Origin: Candidatus Methanosuratincola verstraetei
Lineage (GTDB): Archaea; Thermoproteota; Methanomethylicia; Methanomethylicales; Methanomethylicaceae
Direction: 5' to 3'
Assembly: GCA_049570475.1 (NCBI GenBank)
Contig: CP186953.1
Span: forward strand, 1,216,001 to 1,280,000
DNA length: 64,000 bases
The first letter of the stretch is position 1, and every line of letters starts with the position of its first letter. Of this stretch, positions 38,897 to 49,156 are shown piece after piece. The position numbers and the translations under genes were made by a program. The notes beneath the pieces were generated by a model. That model saw only the letters and a program-made list of their open reading frames with translations. It was not told the origin of the DNA and made no database searches.

Positions 38897-39006
38897 AACC
38901 TGTTGTTATTGCAGGGTTCTTAAACGCAGATTATTACTGTGTTTAGGCAATGCTTTAATATTCCATACATCTTTAAAATACACGCAACAAAACTGAAAGA
39001 GAGGAG
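38897..39006 (+). promoter_or_regulatory. mcr upstream region: inverted repeats, TATA-like elements, RBS
   Basis: IRs AACCTG/CAGGGTT and TAAACGCAG-N7-CTGTGTTTA. TTTAATA and TTTAAAATA AT elements. GAGGAG before ATG 39011. Confidence 0.5.
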
Positions 39007-39010
39007 TTCT

Positions 39011-40345
39011 ATGGCGAAATATCCGGATAAAGTAGATCTATACGACGATCGTGGCCGCGTTTTCGCCTCCAAGGTTCCCGTCGAAGCTCTGAGCCCGCTG
39101 CGCAACCCAGCAATGCAGAAGATCATATCCTACGTTAAGCAGTGCGTTTCCGTGAACCTTGAAGGAATCGAGAAGGCCCTGGCGACCGGAGAAGTTGGTG
39201 GCAAATGGTGCATAATCAGAGGCAGGTCCTTGAAGCTGGACCTGGTAAAGAATGCCGAGAGCATCGCCGACAGCCTCAAGAGTTGCCTACAGGTGACTAA
39301 GGACGACGATACCGAGGTCAAGGTCCTCAAGGGTGGGAAGCACCTCCTTGTAAAGGTCCCAGCAAAGAGGCTGGATGCAGGCGTCGAATACACAACAGGA
39401 TTCACAGCGACTGCAGCTGCGCTCTGCTGCACAATTGTCGAGAACTTCAAGGTCAACCTATGGGACGCTGACTTGGTCCATGCGGCTGTCTGGGGCAGGT
39501 ACCCGCAGACGATGGAACCGCTCGGCGGAAACGTGTCGTCACTATTGTCGGTTCCGCAACAGAATGAAGGTATGGGATATGCACTAAGGAACGTTCCGTG
39601 CGCGCACATTGCCCTTATCACCAAGAAGAATGCAATGAACGCAGCAGCCCTCTCCGCGATACTGGAGCAGGCAGCCATGTTCGAGATGGGCGACGCGATC
39701 GGCAACTTCGAGAGGCTGCATCTGCTAGGGCTAGCCTACCAAGGTCTGAATGCCAACAACCTGGTCTATGACATAGTGAAGGAGAACTCCAAGACCGGCA
39801 CCCTCGGCGATGTGGTCGTATCCACAGTCAAGAGGGCGATCGCAGACGGCGTCATCAAGCCACTCGAGAAGAAGCCTTCTGGATACACGGCGTACACGAC
39901 TGATGATCTCAACAAGTGGAATGCATACGCTGCAGCGGGCCTGCTAGCAGGCACGATGATCACCTGCGGCTCGGCTAGGTCGATGCAGCACTGCCCGTCC
40001 GTCTTCATATACTTCAACGACCTCATCGAGAGGGAGACCGGCCTGCCGGGAGTCGACTTCGGTAGGGTAGCAGGCACCGGAGTTGAGATGGCATTCTTCA
40101 GCCACTCGATCTACGGCGGAGGCAACCCCGCAGTCTTCCACGGAAACCACATCGTGACAAGGCACAGCAAGGGCTTCACAATACCTTGCGTGGCTGCAGC
40201 AGTCGCACTAGATGCGGGCACAGTCATCTACACGCCCGAGAAGATCAGCGGCGTGGTGGGCGAGACTCTGAGCGAGGTGCCCGAGCTGAGGGAGCCGCTG
40301 AGGTACGTGAATGAGGCAGCAGTTTCAATCCATGGAGGTATCTAA
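39011..40345 (+). CDS. mcrB: Methyl-coenzyme M reductase beta subunit
   Basis: [73 protein letters not shown]. Confidence 0.98.
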   Translation: MAKYPDKVDLYDDRGRVFASKVPVEALSPLRNPAMQKIISYVKQCVSVNLEGIEKALATGEVGGKWCIIRGRSLKLDLVKNAESIADSLKSCLQVTKDDDTEVKVLKGGKHLLVKVPAKRLDAGVEYTTGFTATAAALCCTIVENFKVNLWDADLVHAAVWGRYPQTMEPLGGNVSSLLSVPQQNEGMGYALRNVPCAHIALITKKNAMNAAALSAILEQAAMFEMGDAIGNFERLHLLGLAYQGLNANNLVYDIVKENSKTGTLGDVVVSTVKRAIADGVIKPLEKKPSGYTAYTTDDLNKWNAYAAAGLLAGTMITCGSARSMQHCPSVFIYFNDLIERETGLPGVDFGRVAGTGVEMAFFSHSIYGGGNPAVFHGNHIVTRHSKGFTIPCVAAAVALDAGTVIYTPEKISGVVGETLSEVPELREPLRYVNEAAVSIHGGI

Positions 40346-40346
40346 A

Positions 40347-41123
40347 ATGGTAGTGTACAAGCCACAGTATTACCCAGGAAGCTCCAAGGTCTCTAAGAAC
40401 AGGAAGAAGTACATGGATCCGTCCTACAAGCTGAAGAAGCTGAGGACGATCAGCGACGACGACTTGGTGAAGCTGATGGGCCACAGGGTCCCAGGAGAGG
40501 CTTACAAGTCGGTCCACCCGCCGCTTGAGGAGATGGGTGAGCCGGCATGCCCGATCAGGGAACTCGTTGAGCCGACGCCAGGCGCGAAGGCAGGCGACAG
40601 GATCAGGTACATCCAGTTCACAGACTCCGTGTACTTCACACCGCTGACCCCATACATGAGGGCATGGATGGGACACACAAGGTACAGAGGGGTCGACATC
40701 GGCGTCCTCTCGGGGAGGGTCCCTCTCGAGATGAGGGAGCGTGACTTGGAGAAAATCGCAAAGGACCTCGTGGAGACCGAGATATTCGATCCTGCAAGGT
40801 GCGGGATCAGGGGGGCAACAGTCCACGGCCACTCTCTGAGGCTGGACGAGAACGGAATGATGTTCGACGCACTCAGGAGATTCGTCTTTGACAAGAAGAC
40901 AGGCGAGGTCGTCTATGTGAAGGACCAGATTGGAGTGCCTCTTGACAAGCCGATCTCAGTCGGCAAGCCGATCAAGGAGGAAGAGCTCAGGGAGATGACA
41001 AGCGAGTACAGGGTCGACGGCGTCCCGTTCAGGGAGGACAAGGAGATGGTCGAGTTCGTACAGCGCCTGCACATGCTCAGGACGGAGGCTGGGTTCGATC
41101 CAAATAAGGTGAAGGGGATCTAA
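40347..41123 (+). CDS. mcrG: Methyl-coenzyme M reductase gamma subunit
   Basis: [55 protein letters not shown]. Confidence 0.98.
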   Translation: MVVYKPQYYPGSSKVSKNRKKYMDPSYKLKKLRTISDDDLVKLMGHRVPGEAYKSVHPPLEEMGEPACPIRELVEPTPGAKAGDRIRYIQFTDSVYFTPLTPYMRAWMGHTRYRGVDIGVLSGRVPLEMRERDLEKIAKDLVETEIFDPARCGIRGATVHGHSLRLDENGMMFDALRRFVFDKKTGEVVYVKDQIGVPLDKPISVGKPIKEEELREMTSEYRVDGVPFREDKEMVEFVQRLHMLRTEAGFDPNKVKGI

Positions 41124-41136
41124 GGAGGAGATATGA

Positions 41137-42807
41137 ATGGCAACTGAAAAGAAGATGTTCTTGGAAGCACTCAGGAAGAAGTTCAAGGAGTCTCCAGAAG
41201 AGAAGTATACCAAGTTCTACATATACGACGGATGGAAGCAGTCGAAGAGGAAGAGAGAATTCGTCGAGTGGGGCACTAAGCTGGCAAAGGAGAGGGGCAT
41301 CCCGTTCTACAACCCCGAGATGCACCTTGGCGGCATCCCGCTGGGCCAGAGGGTCCTGATGCCGTACAAGATATCGCAGACGGACATCTACTGCGAGGGC
41401 GACGACCTCCACTTCGTCAACAACGCCGCAATGCAGCAGATGTGGCACGACATCAGGAGGACTGTCATAGTCGGTCTCGATGCTGCCCACATGGTCCTGC
41501 AGAAGCGGCTTGGGAAGGAGGTCACCCCTGAGACGGTGAACCACTACCTCGAGGTGCTGAACCACGCGCTGCCAGGCGCTGCTGTGATCCAGGAGCACAT
41601 GGTCGAGACCCACCCAGGGCTCGTCTCAGACTCGTACGTAAAGGTCTTCACAGGCGACGACGAGCTAGCGGACGAGATTGACAAGCGCTTCCTGATCGAC
41701 ATAAACAAGGAGTTCCCAGCTGACCAGGCTGCACAGCTGAAGGCTGCAGTAGGCAAGAGGATATACCAGGTCCTCCGCATGCCGACAATAGTAGCCATGA
41801 CCTGCGACGGAGGCACAATGTCGAGATGGTCTGCAATGCAGATCTCGATGTCAATGGTCAATGCCTACAAGCTGATGGCTGGGGAAGCCGCAATCGGCGA
41901 ATTCGCCTTTGCCGCGAAGCACGCAGAAGTGATCGAGATGGGAACCCTGATGCCGTGGAGGCGCGCGAGGGGACCGAACGAGCCAGGAGGCGTTCCGCTC
42001 GGGTACCTTGCTGACATGTGCCAGGCGTCGAGGGTGAAGCCCGAGGACCCGACATGGGTCGCCCTTGAGGCCATCTCGATGGGCGCGGTGCTCTACGACC
42101 AGTTCTGGTTCGGCAGCTACATGTCCGGAGGAGTAGGCTTCACGCAGTACGCCACATGCACATACACCGACAACATCCTCGACGACTTCTGCTACTACGG
42201 CGCGGACTATGTCAAGAAGAAGTATGGTGGATTCGGCAAGGCGAAGCCAAGCTGGGACTTGATCAAGGACGTGGCGACCGAGGTCACCCTATATGGGCTC
42301 GAGCAGTACGAGCGCTTCCCCGCACTGATGGAGACCCACTTCGGCGGCTCGCAGAGGGCTGCTGTGGTTGCCGCAGGCGCAGGCGTGGCTGTCTCGATGG
42401 CTACTGGGAACTGCACGGCAGGGATCAACGGCTGGTACCTGAGCCAGCTTCTCCACAAGGAGGAGATGGGCAGGCTCGGCTTCTACGGCTACGACCAGCA
42501 GGACCAGTGCGGTTCGGCGAACAGCTTCTCGTACAGGAGCGACGAGGGCCTTCCATTCAACCTGAGGGGTGTGAACTACCCGAACTACGCCCTGAACGTA
42601 GGGCACCAGTCGGCGCACACGGGCATCGTACAGGCAGCGCACAGCGGAAGGGGCGACGCGTGGACGACCAACCCGCTGATAAAGATAGCATTCGCCGACA
42701 AGGACCTGAAGTTCGACTTCACGCACCCGAGGCTCTGCTTCGGCAAGGGCGCTCTGAGGGAGTTCATGCCTGCGGGCGAGAGGTCCCTCATCATACCGAG
42801 CCGATAA
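41137..42807 (+). CDS. mcrA: Methyl-coenzyme M reductase alpha subunit
   Basis: [79 protein letters not shown]. Confidence 0.99.
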   Translation: MATEKKMFLEALRKKFKESPEEKYTKFYIYDGWKQSKRKREFVEWGTKLAKERGIPFYNPEMHLGGIPLGQRVLMPYKISQTDIYCEGDDLHFVNNAAMQQMWHDIRRTVIVGLDAAHMVLQKRLGKEVTPETVNHYLEVLNHALPGAAVIQEHMVETHPGLVSDSYVKVFTGDDELADEIDKRFLIDINKEFPADQAAQLKAAVGKRIYQVLRMPTIVAMTCDGGTMSRWSAMQISMSMVNAYKLMAGEAAIGEFAFAAKHAEVIEMGTLMPWRRARGPNEPGGVPLGYLADMCQASRVKPEDPTWVALEAISMGAVLYDQFWFGSYMSGGVGFTQYATCTYTDNILDDFCYYGADYVKKKYGGFGKAKPSWDLIKDVATEVTLYGLEQYERFPALMETHFGGSQRAAVVAAGAGVAVSMATGNCTAGINGWYLSQLLHKEEMGRLGFYGYDQQDQCGSANSFSYRSDEGLPFNLRGVNYPNYALNVGHQSAHTGIVQAAHSGRGDAWTTNPLIKIAFADKDLKFDFTHPRLCFGKGALREFMPAGERSLIIPSR

Positions 42808-42818
42808 GCAACCAAAAA

Positions 42819-42845
42819 CCTTTTTTCTTTTTTTCCCTTGTTTTC
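42819..42845 (+). terminator. Oligo-T terminator after mcrA
   Basis: CCTTTTTTCTTTTTTTCCCTTGTTTTC just after the stop codon. Confidence 0.55.
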
Positions 42846-42856
42846 AACGAATCAAA

Positions 42857-43444
42857 ATGTCTCCATCAAAAGGCACAATTTCCTTCTCAGGGCTTATTGA
42901 CAAGATCAGGGCGCTTTCTATAACATCTCCAGAGGAGGCTGAAGCGCAGTTCCCTGGATCCCCCAACTTTGCCCGACACATAGCGCAGCTCTTCCAGGAA
43001 GACCGGCTTTTTGACATTCTGCCGAGGCTTGAGATCCAGCTCCAGATTGTGCGCCAGTTTTCCCCACCTGTGAGGCCCGCGCTCGACCCCTACACCTCGA
43101 CCCAAATCGGCATCTTCTCCAAGCGCTTCGACGACTACGAGATAGGTCGTTTTCTTGGTTATCCTGAATGCTGCATGCGATCCTTCGCTGAGAATATCCG
43201 GTATGGGATAGACGAGGGTCACATCCGAGAACTAAAGGGATCCGGAATGAAGGCTTTTGTAACGACCGCCGGCTTCATACCTTGCAGCATCTTCTGCAGG
43301 GAAGCCCAGGACATGGGGCTATTGTCTTTTATCGAGCCAAATGAGATCGCGAAATTGCGGGATTTGGAAAAGGAAACGGCGATTCTGCTGCCCCACTTCC
43401 ACCCTGAGTACCGAGAGCACTACTTCGAGGTCAGGCTGCTCTGA
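42857..43444 (+). CDS. DUF483-like conserved archaeal protein
   Basis: G.FLGYPECC..SF motif and GFIPCS..C. Confidence 0.6.
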   Translation: MSPSKGTISFSGLIDKIRALSITSPEEAEAQFPGSPNFARHIAQLFQEDRLFDILPRLEIQLQIVRQFSPPVRPALDPYTSTQIGIFSKRFDDYEIGRFLGYPECCMRSFAENIRYGIDEGHIRELKGSGMKAFVTTAGFIPCSIFCREAQDMGLLSFIEPNEIAKLRDLEKETAILLPHFHPEYREHYFEVRLL

Positions 43445-44208
43445 TCCAGAGGCTTGATCTCGGAGACTATCCTTGCGACCTCTGTCAGGGAATCCACGAA
43501 GTAATCGACCTCAGAGCATAGGCCCTCCTTCTGGTACTCCCCCCTCCTCCTGACGAGCACTGAGATGTCCGCCTCGCGCATCGCGATCAGATCGTTTATG
43601 TCATTGCCTACCATCACAACCGATCCGTAGAAGCCCCGGAGCCTCCTTACAAGCTCCCTCTTCTCTTCCGGGGATGCATCGAAGATCGCTGCGCGCCTCG
43701 GTATATTCAGGAGATCTGCGCACTTTAAAGTCATCTCCTTGCAATTCCCGGTGGCGAGGTAGACGTCTACTCCGCCCTCCTGCATCGATCTGACTGAGTC
43801 TTTGACGTCTGGATAGAGTTTTCCCCCGAGACCCACTATGTCTGTTATCTTTCCCTCTTGGTTGAAGACGACCGCAACACATGCCCCAAGTTCGGAGGGG
43901 CAGTGGGTCAGTGCCCTCTGATATGTCTCTCGTATCCCTTCCAAGACCGCGGGTTCAAGCAGCCTGGACTTGTCGATTGGGGGGTAGTTTTGCAATGCGC
44001 AGCAGCTCACTTTCAGCCTGGCTTTTGCGATATTCCCTTCGATTATGTCTTGGATCCTGCCCTTTAGATTTACGAGAACTCCTCTCTTCTCGACCACGTA
44101 CTTCAGCGTGCTCATGTGGTAGAACCACTTCTTATCCTCTATATTGTACACTACCCTGCATGGATCTATTATGGTGCCTGACTTGTCCAGAACGACGGCC
44201 TTTCTCAA
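43420..44208 (-). CDS. HAD-superfamily hydrolase, soluble P-type ATPase-like
   Basis: Motif I LDKSGT, ATGN, PEEK..LV..L, MVGNDINDL.AM.EAD. No TM segments. Confidence 0.78.
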   Translation of the reverse strand: MRKAVVLDKSGTIIDPCRVVYNIEDKKWFYHMSTLKYVVEKRGVLVNLKGRIQDIIEGNIAKARLKVSCCALQNYPPIDKSRLLEPAVLEGIRETYQRALTHCPSELGACVAVVFNQEGKITDIVGLGGKLYPDVKDSVRSMQEGGVDVYLATGNCKEMTLKCADLLNIPRRAAIFDASPEEKRELVRRLRGFYGSVVMVGNDINDLIAMREADISVLVRRRGEYQKEGLCSEVDYFVDSLTEVARIVSEIKPLDQSSLTSK

Positions 44209-44217
44209 TTGCGGGCT

Positions 44218-44511
44218 TCACCCTGCGCCGCTGCAGCTTCCGCTAGTGTCTATCGTCATATCCCCGCCCTTCAGTTGCTCCTCGCTGATCAATTCTCCCT
44301 CTTTCTTCGCCCTCTCCTTCCCGACCTCAGGTCTCGGCTCCTCCTCCGCCGCCCTCTCCTCAGCCGGCTCAAGGACATTCTCGTCGTATAGGAGACCTGT
44401 AGTGTCCAATTCCGCCCACGTCTTTCCGTCCATCTCGACAATCCTGGTGATATTGCCCCTCGTCCCTGTCTTTTCGTAGATTACTGCATCCCCTTCCTTG
44501 AACCTCAACAT
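44218..44511 (-). CDS. DUF2098-like methanogen protein
   Basis: G..V.Y..TGT.G.I.......G..W..LD.T.L.Y....LE, C-terminal ..CSGAG. ATG at 44511. Confidence 0.68.
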   Translation of the reverse strand: MLRFKEGDAVIYEKTGTRGNITRIVEMDGKTWAELDTTGLLYDENVLEPAEERAAEEEPRPEVGKERAKKEGELISEEQLKGGDMTIDTSGSCSGAG

Positions 44512-44578
44512 CCTGCCCCCCCACAAAACTTTATTATATATTGATCTCTCCTCTTTCCTATTAACCTGAGGGATCGGA

Positions 44579-45508
44579 TTGGAGAGCCTCTCTAAAATCA
44601 TTGAGATCGCGAAGAATTTCAAGGGACTGAAGAGAAAGATCGATATAGGCGAGATCACGGCGATTCTTGGGGAGCACGAATACGACGATGCCGGCTTCAT
44701 AGACCTCGGGGATGTCAGCATTGTGGTGTCCACAGATGGGATAACCGAAGACTTGGTAAAGTCCGATCCGTGGTTTGCTGGATACTACTCTGTGCTTGTT
44801 AATGTCAATGACGTGGTTGTGAAAGGGGCCAGGCCGATGGGTTATGTGAATGTGATGTCAGGGAGCAAGGAGAGCAGGCGGAAGATGGCCCAGGGCATAA
44901 AGGCTGGGCTCGACAAATACGGCCTAAAGCTCCTGAAGGGTCACACCCACCCAGACTCCTCCTACGAAGCTATCGACGCAGCTGTTGTCGGAATCGCAAG
45001 GCGCGTGGCAAAGGGGAACACTGCCCGACCAGGGGACAACATCGTAATGGCAATCGATCTCGACGGGTCTTTTGGAGTAAAAGGGTGGGTAAAATGCTTC
45101 GACAGCACGCTTAAAAAGAGCAGCTCCGAGCTGGGGATGATGATCGAGTCTATCGTCACAGCCGTCGAGTCTGGTCTGATCAAGGCATCAAGGGACATAA
45201 GCGCCCCCGGGATCCTGGGCAGCCTTGCCATGCTTTGCGAAGCCAGCTCAGTCGGGGCTGAAGTCGACGCCGAGAGGATACCAAGGCCCGAAGGTACCGC
45301 GATCTCGGAGTGGTTCACATCCTACCCCGCGATGGGCTTCATATTTGCTTCCAACGAAGAGTCTCTGGTTTCGAAGCTCCGTGACGCCGGCTTCTCAGCC
45401 AGCGTTGTTGGGAAATTCGATGGCACAAAAAAGATATGCGTAAGGCTTGGCAGCGACCGCAAAACATTCATGGATCTCTCAACGGAGTCCGTTTTTGGAA
45501 TTCATTAG
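44579..45508 (+). CDS. Methanogenesis marker protein 2 (AIR synthase/PurM-like)
   Basis: F.G..RK..I, DDAG, DPWFAGY.SVLVNVND....GA.P, GHTHPD, DIS.PGILG.L.ML.E.S.VGA. Confidence 0.8.
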   Translation: MESLSKIIEIAKNFKGLKRKIDIGEITAILGEHEYDDAGFIDLGDVSIVVSTDGITEDLVKSDPWFAGYYSVLVNVNDVVVKGARPMGYVNVMSGSKESRRKMAQGIKAGLDKYGLKLLKGHTHPDSSYEAIDAAVVGIARRVAKGNTARPGDNIVMAIDLDGSFGVKGWVKCFDSTLKKSSSELGMMIESIVTAVESGLIKASRDISAPGILGSLAMLCEASSVGAEVDAERIPRPEGTAISEWFTSYPAMGFIFASNEESLVSKLRDAGFSASVVGKFDGTKKICVRLGSDRKTFMDLSTESVFGIH

Positions 45509-47104
45509 CTCGTTTTTCTCCTCTGGCGTCAGCTCTTTTGCAACATCCGAGGGCTTGCCCCTGCTGACTATTTTACCGTTTCTCATCAGTATCGTATCTT
45601 CGCAAGTGTTTTCGACGAACCCCATGTCATGAGATATAATTACGAATGTCTGACCGAGCTCGTTCCTTGCATTCTTTATCGACCTTGCCACGTCCTGCTG
45701 GGTTATCGGATCCATTGTGCCTGATGGCTCATCCAAGAGCACTATGATCGGCTCCTTTATGAGCACCTGCGCAAGGGCAACCCTGTGCCTCTCCCCCTCG
45801 CTCAGCTCGTCTGGATATTTGGAGAGCGTCCTCTCAATAGTGGCTTCATCGAAGCCCGCGGCTGTGAGCACGCTCTGTGCCTTGAACTTGGCGAACTCGT
45901 CTGGCAGCTCAAGCCCTATGGCGTCGGTCAAATTCTCCTGCACCGTCCTGTGTGGGTAGAGCGCGTACTCCTGGTGGAGGAGCCCTATGAAGGGAGTTGC
46001 TCTTCCCCTGCCCATCGGCCCCGGCTCCAGCATGTTGACCCACTCCTCGCCGATCTTGAGCTCGATTGTGCCTGAAGTAGGCTGCGTAACGCCCACAATC
46101 GCCCTGGAGAGCGTGGTCTTGCCTGCGCCGCTAAGCCCTATAATCCCGAAGATCTGCCTCTCCCTGACCTCGAATGTGACCCCGTCCAGCGCCTTGACGA
46201 CACCTTTGTCTATCGAGAAGTAGTACTTCTTCAGATCCTTCACCCTCAGGATGACGTCCCCGAGCTCAGGCGGCTTCGGTATCTCCTCGGGGGCGAGCCT
46301 TGAAAGGAACTTGGCGGTGACCTCCTTGGGGTCCCCCTCCGCACTAATCCTCCCCCCTTCGAGGAGCACTGCCTTATCGCAGAGCTCCTCAATTGCGCCA
46401 GGGAGGTGCGAAGTTACCAGGAGCGTGCTTTTTCCCGGCCCGGTTTCCCTCTTTATGATCTTGTGGATCATCTCCGCGTTCAGGGGGTCTAGGGTCCCCG
46501 TGGGCTCGTCAGCCAGCAGGAGCAGCGGCTTTATCGCCAGCTGCCTGCCAAGGACTACCCTCTGCTTCTCCCCACCGCTAAGGTCCCTTGCTGCGTGCAG
46601 CAGCCTGTTTGCCAGGCCTATGTCCTTGGCTATCTCAAGCGCCTTCCTGCTGGCATCCTCGGAGGAAACTTTATTGAGCGCCTCGACGAGGTTCTCGTAG
46701 ACCGTGAGGCTACCATAAAGCGCGAAAGTCCTCTGGAACATTATTGCTATGCGCTGCCTCAGCCATTTGGTCTTCGCATCCTCACTGTAAATGTCAACGT
46801 CCGCCATCTCCATCTTTTTTTGGCAGTGGGGACAGCAGTTGGGGCACCCCTTGTTTGCCCAGCTCGGCCCTTCTACCGTCTGGCAGTGCTCGCATACAGC
46901 CACGTGGAAAACTACCTTTCCTGAGTCTGGCTTGTACTCCTTTATGCCCTTGAGCATCGAGAGCAGCACCGTCTTCCCGGATCCGCTCTTGCCTATTATG
47001 CCGACCCTCTCACCTTCGTCTACGGTGAGCGAAACATTATCCAGGACTCTGTTCCCGCCGAATGACTTCGACACATTCCTGACCTCTATGAAAGGAACGC
47101 CCAT
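45479..47104 (-). CDS. atwA: Methyl-coenzyme M reductase system component A2 (double ABC ATPase)
   Basis: Two ABC domains, Cys-rich insert, IAIMFQRTFALY, H.ARDLSGGEKQRVVL.RQ, EWVNM..PG..GRGRA..IGLLHQEY.LYPH, LSEGERHRVA. Confidence 0.93.
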   Translation of the reverse strand: MGVPFIEVRNVSKSFGGNRVLDNVSLTVDEGERVGIIGKSGSGKTVLLSMLKGIKEYKPDSGKVVFHVAVCEHCQTVEGPSWANKGCPNCCPHCQKKMEMADVDIYSEDAKTKWLRQRIAIMFQRTFALYGSLTVYENLVEALNKVSSEDASRKALEIAKDIGLANRLLHAARDLSGGEKQRVVLGRQLAIKPLLLLADEPTGTLDPLNAEMIHKIIKRETGPGKSTLLVTSHLPGAIEELCDKAVLLEGGRISAEGDPKEVTAKFLSRLAPEEIPKPPELGDVILRVKDLKKYYFSIDKGVVKALDGVTFEVRERQIFGIIGLSGAGKTTLSRAIVGVTQPTSGTIELKIGEEWVNMLEPGPMGRGRATPFIGLLHQEYALYPHRTVQENLTDAIGLELPDEFAKFKAQSVLTAAGFDEATIERTLSKYPDELSEGERHRVALAQVLIKEPIIVLLDEPSGTMDPITQQDVARSIKNARNELGQTFVIISHDMGFVENTCEDTILMRNGKIVSRGKPSDVAKELTPEEKNELMNSKNGLR

Positions 47105-47241
47105 TTTGCCAAACACCCTAAAGACAACCTATTTTGAAAACCGCTGTATTTATCTTTGTAGTTATTACATGGTAATGCTTCAAGGAGCCGTTATTTCTTT
47201 CAATTCTTCTTATTCATCCCAGTCGAATGCCATTTTAATCA

Positions 47242-47895
47242 CTATTGCAACTCCCTGATCCTTTCCAGGACTTTGATCGCATCTTCCCTTTTCAAGTCTA
47301 TCCGCACGCCCTTGATCAGTTCGAGCACCTCCCCTGCCCTAGTGCTGCCGAGACCCGCCCGGGCAGCCCTCTGGAGTATCCTGGGATAGTTCCTCAGCTG
47401 GAAGGGGATCTCCTTCGCCGCGAGTAGGATGGAATCATGCTCCTGTTGGTTTATTATCCCAGAAGCCAGAGCCCTCTCAAGAGTTGCCCTGATGTTCACT
47501 AGAGGCTCCGATAGCGGCTTGAGGCTTTCTGGGTGGAAGGCAAGGGCGACCTCATCGTCAGATCTTATTCTGCCTGACTTGTACCATTCATAAATCGTGC
47601 CGATGCCGACCATTCCGTAAACATCAAGCTCAGAGGCCCTCAGCGCTCCCATGCTGGATCCGCCGAAGACCTTTGCCCTCATTTCCATTGCTTTGAGTAT
47701 TTCCCGGTGGGAGACCGCTGCCTGCTGGTAAAAAACCCCGTCGATGAGGGCTATTGCCTCCGCCCCGGCTTCAGCGGCCCTGATGATATCCCCCCTGGCT
47801 GCCGGCGGTAGGTATTCCGCATCGCTGAGGACTTTCCGGGCTTCCCCCCTTTCCAAACTCGGCCCCAGGAAAACAACAACCCTCATATTGTGCAC
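47242..47895 (-). CDS. tfuA: TfuA-like thioamidation accessory protein
   Basis: VFLGPSL, PPA.RGD, IDGVF.Q..AV.HREI, GGSSMGALRA.EL..GMVG.G, DDEVA, SEPLVNIR. Confidence 0.92.
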   Translation of the reverse strand: MHNMRVVVFLGPSLERGEARKVLSDAEYLPPAARGDIIRAAEAGAEAIALIDGVFYQQAAVSHREILKAMEMRAKVFGGSSMGALRASELDVYGMVGIGTIYEWYKSGRIRSDDEVALAFHPESLKPLSEPLVNIRATLERALASGIINQQEHDSILLAAKEIPFQLRNYPRILQRAARAGLGSTRAGEVLELIKGVRIDLKREDAIKVLERIRELQ

Positions 47896-47928
47896 CGCCT
47901 CCTCCTGGATCTGGGGATTTCACCTAAT

Positions 47929-49131
47929 TCAATGCCCTGCTTCTGAATAAGTGGACAGCCTTCTGCCAGCCCTCTCCTTGTCCAGCGCATAGACCTCGAG
48001 CCCTGGGACTATAACCCTGACCGCAGGAATCCCTGTTTCGCCCCGCGTGAGGTCGACAACTATGACCTCCCTTAGCCCAGCACTGACCAGCCTATCAAGC
48101 GTGTACCTTATGTCCTCGAGGAAATCCTTCCCAGAGAATGACCTCAATTCTTCAAGGCTGACCATTTGTGGGCATGGGGAGAACCACCTCCTGTTTATCC
48201 TTTTCATCCTTTCGTAACCTATCCTCCTGGCGAATTCAGCCTTAACAGTGTCCTCCCTGGTCCCATGGATGGTAGTCAGCCTGCTCTGGACTGCCTCGGT
48301 CAGGGCCCTGAGTGCTGCGATCTCAGCCACGAGGTGCGTCCCAACGCCGAGCGAGAGGAGCGCGGGGTCCTTCGTCAGCTCATCGTCAATGGCGACTGCT
48401 ACTGTTGGGATCCCGATGTCCGAGGTGATGTCCTTCGCATAGACCCCGATGCCTGCCTTCGCGAGCTTCTCCAGCATCGACCTGACCATCGGGCTGCTGC
48501 AACCTGACAGCTCGAGCCCCCTGCCCTGCAGCCTTCCAGCCTCGAAGAGGGACCAGGCATCCCTCTCAATCACCTCCATGAGCCCGTGCACAATCGCCTC
48601 CTCCAGCGCATTGCCGACAGCGAGTCCGTTGGTGTTGGTTCGGAAGAGCTGGTTGTGCCTACTGTAAGGGTGGAAAACAGCCTCCGCCGGGACTAGTATC
48701 GTGACCTCCCGAGTGAGCGAGTACCCCTCGACCCATTCTATCTCCTCGGAGTGCTGGTACTTCCGGGGCAGTATCAGCAGATTTGGATCCAGCACCTCCC
48801 TCTCCCTGCTGAGATCCCTGTATGACCCCCTCACAAGTCTGAAGCCCCTGGGCTCTGCAGAGAACCTCTCAATTCCCTCCATCACAGCCGAAACTTCCGC
48901 CTCCTCTTGGGAGCAGCCTTTCCCTGTGTAGACCGTGACCGCTCCCTGTGATGCCATCGGCCTTATCGAAGTGAAGATGGGAATCCCTATGCGGTCTAGC
49001 CCAGTTATTTCCGCAACCCTGGTTATGCCTGCATTCTCCTTGACCCTGCTGACAAGCTCCAGCGTCTTTTCCGGATGGACCTCCCTGTGCGTGCCCGCTG
49101 TGTATCCCTTAGGGACCGATCTCAGTTTCAT
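47929..49131 (-). CDS. ycaO: YcaO-family McrA glycine thioamidation enzyme (methanogenesis marker 1)
   Basis: GTHR...PE.T, ITRVA.ITGLDRIGIP, GKG, SA.ME..ER, TNGLA.GN...EA..HGL.EVIERDA, TE..QSR...I.G.RED. Confidence 0.92.
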   Translation of the reverse strand: MKLRSVPKGYTAGTHREVHPEKTLELVSRVKENAGITRVAEITGLDRIGIPIFTSIRPMASQGAVTVYTGKGCSQEEAEVSAVMEGIERFSAEPRGFRLVRGSYRDLSREREVLDPNLLILPRKYQHSEEIEWVEGYSLTREVTILVPAEAVFHPYSRHNQLFRTNTNGLAVGNALEEAIVHGLMEVIERDAWSLFEAGRLQGRGLELSGCSSPMVRSMLEKLAKAGIGVYAKDITSDIGIPTVAVAIDDELTKDPALLSLGVGTHLVAEIAALRALTEAVQSRLTTIHGTREDTVKAEFARRIGYERMKRINRRWFSPCPQMVSLEELRSFSGKDFLEDIRYTLDRLVSAGLREVIVVDLTRGETGIPAVRVIVPGLEVYALDKERAGRRLSTYSEAGH

Positions 49132-49156
49132 CTGCGGCGCATCCCTTCAGGTCTTC

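Noticed and set aside
41137-42807. Possibility of an alkyl-CoM reductase (alkane activation)
   Set aside because: Active-site aromatic residues and flanking motifs are canonical methane-type, with no large insertions.
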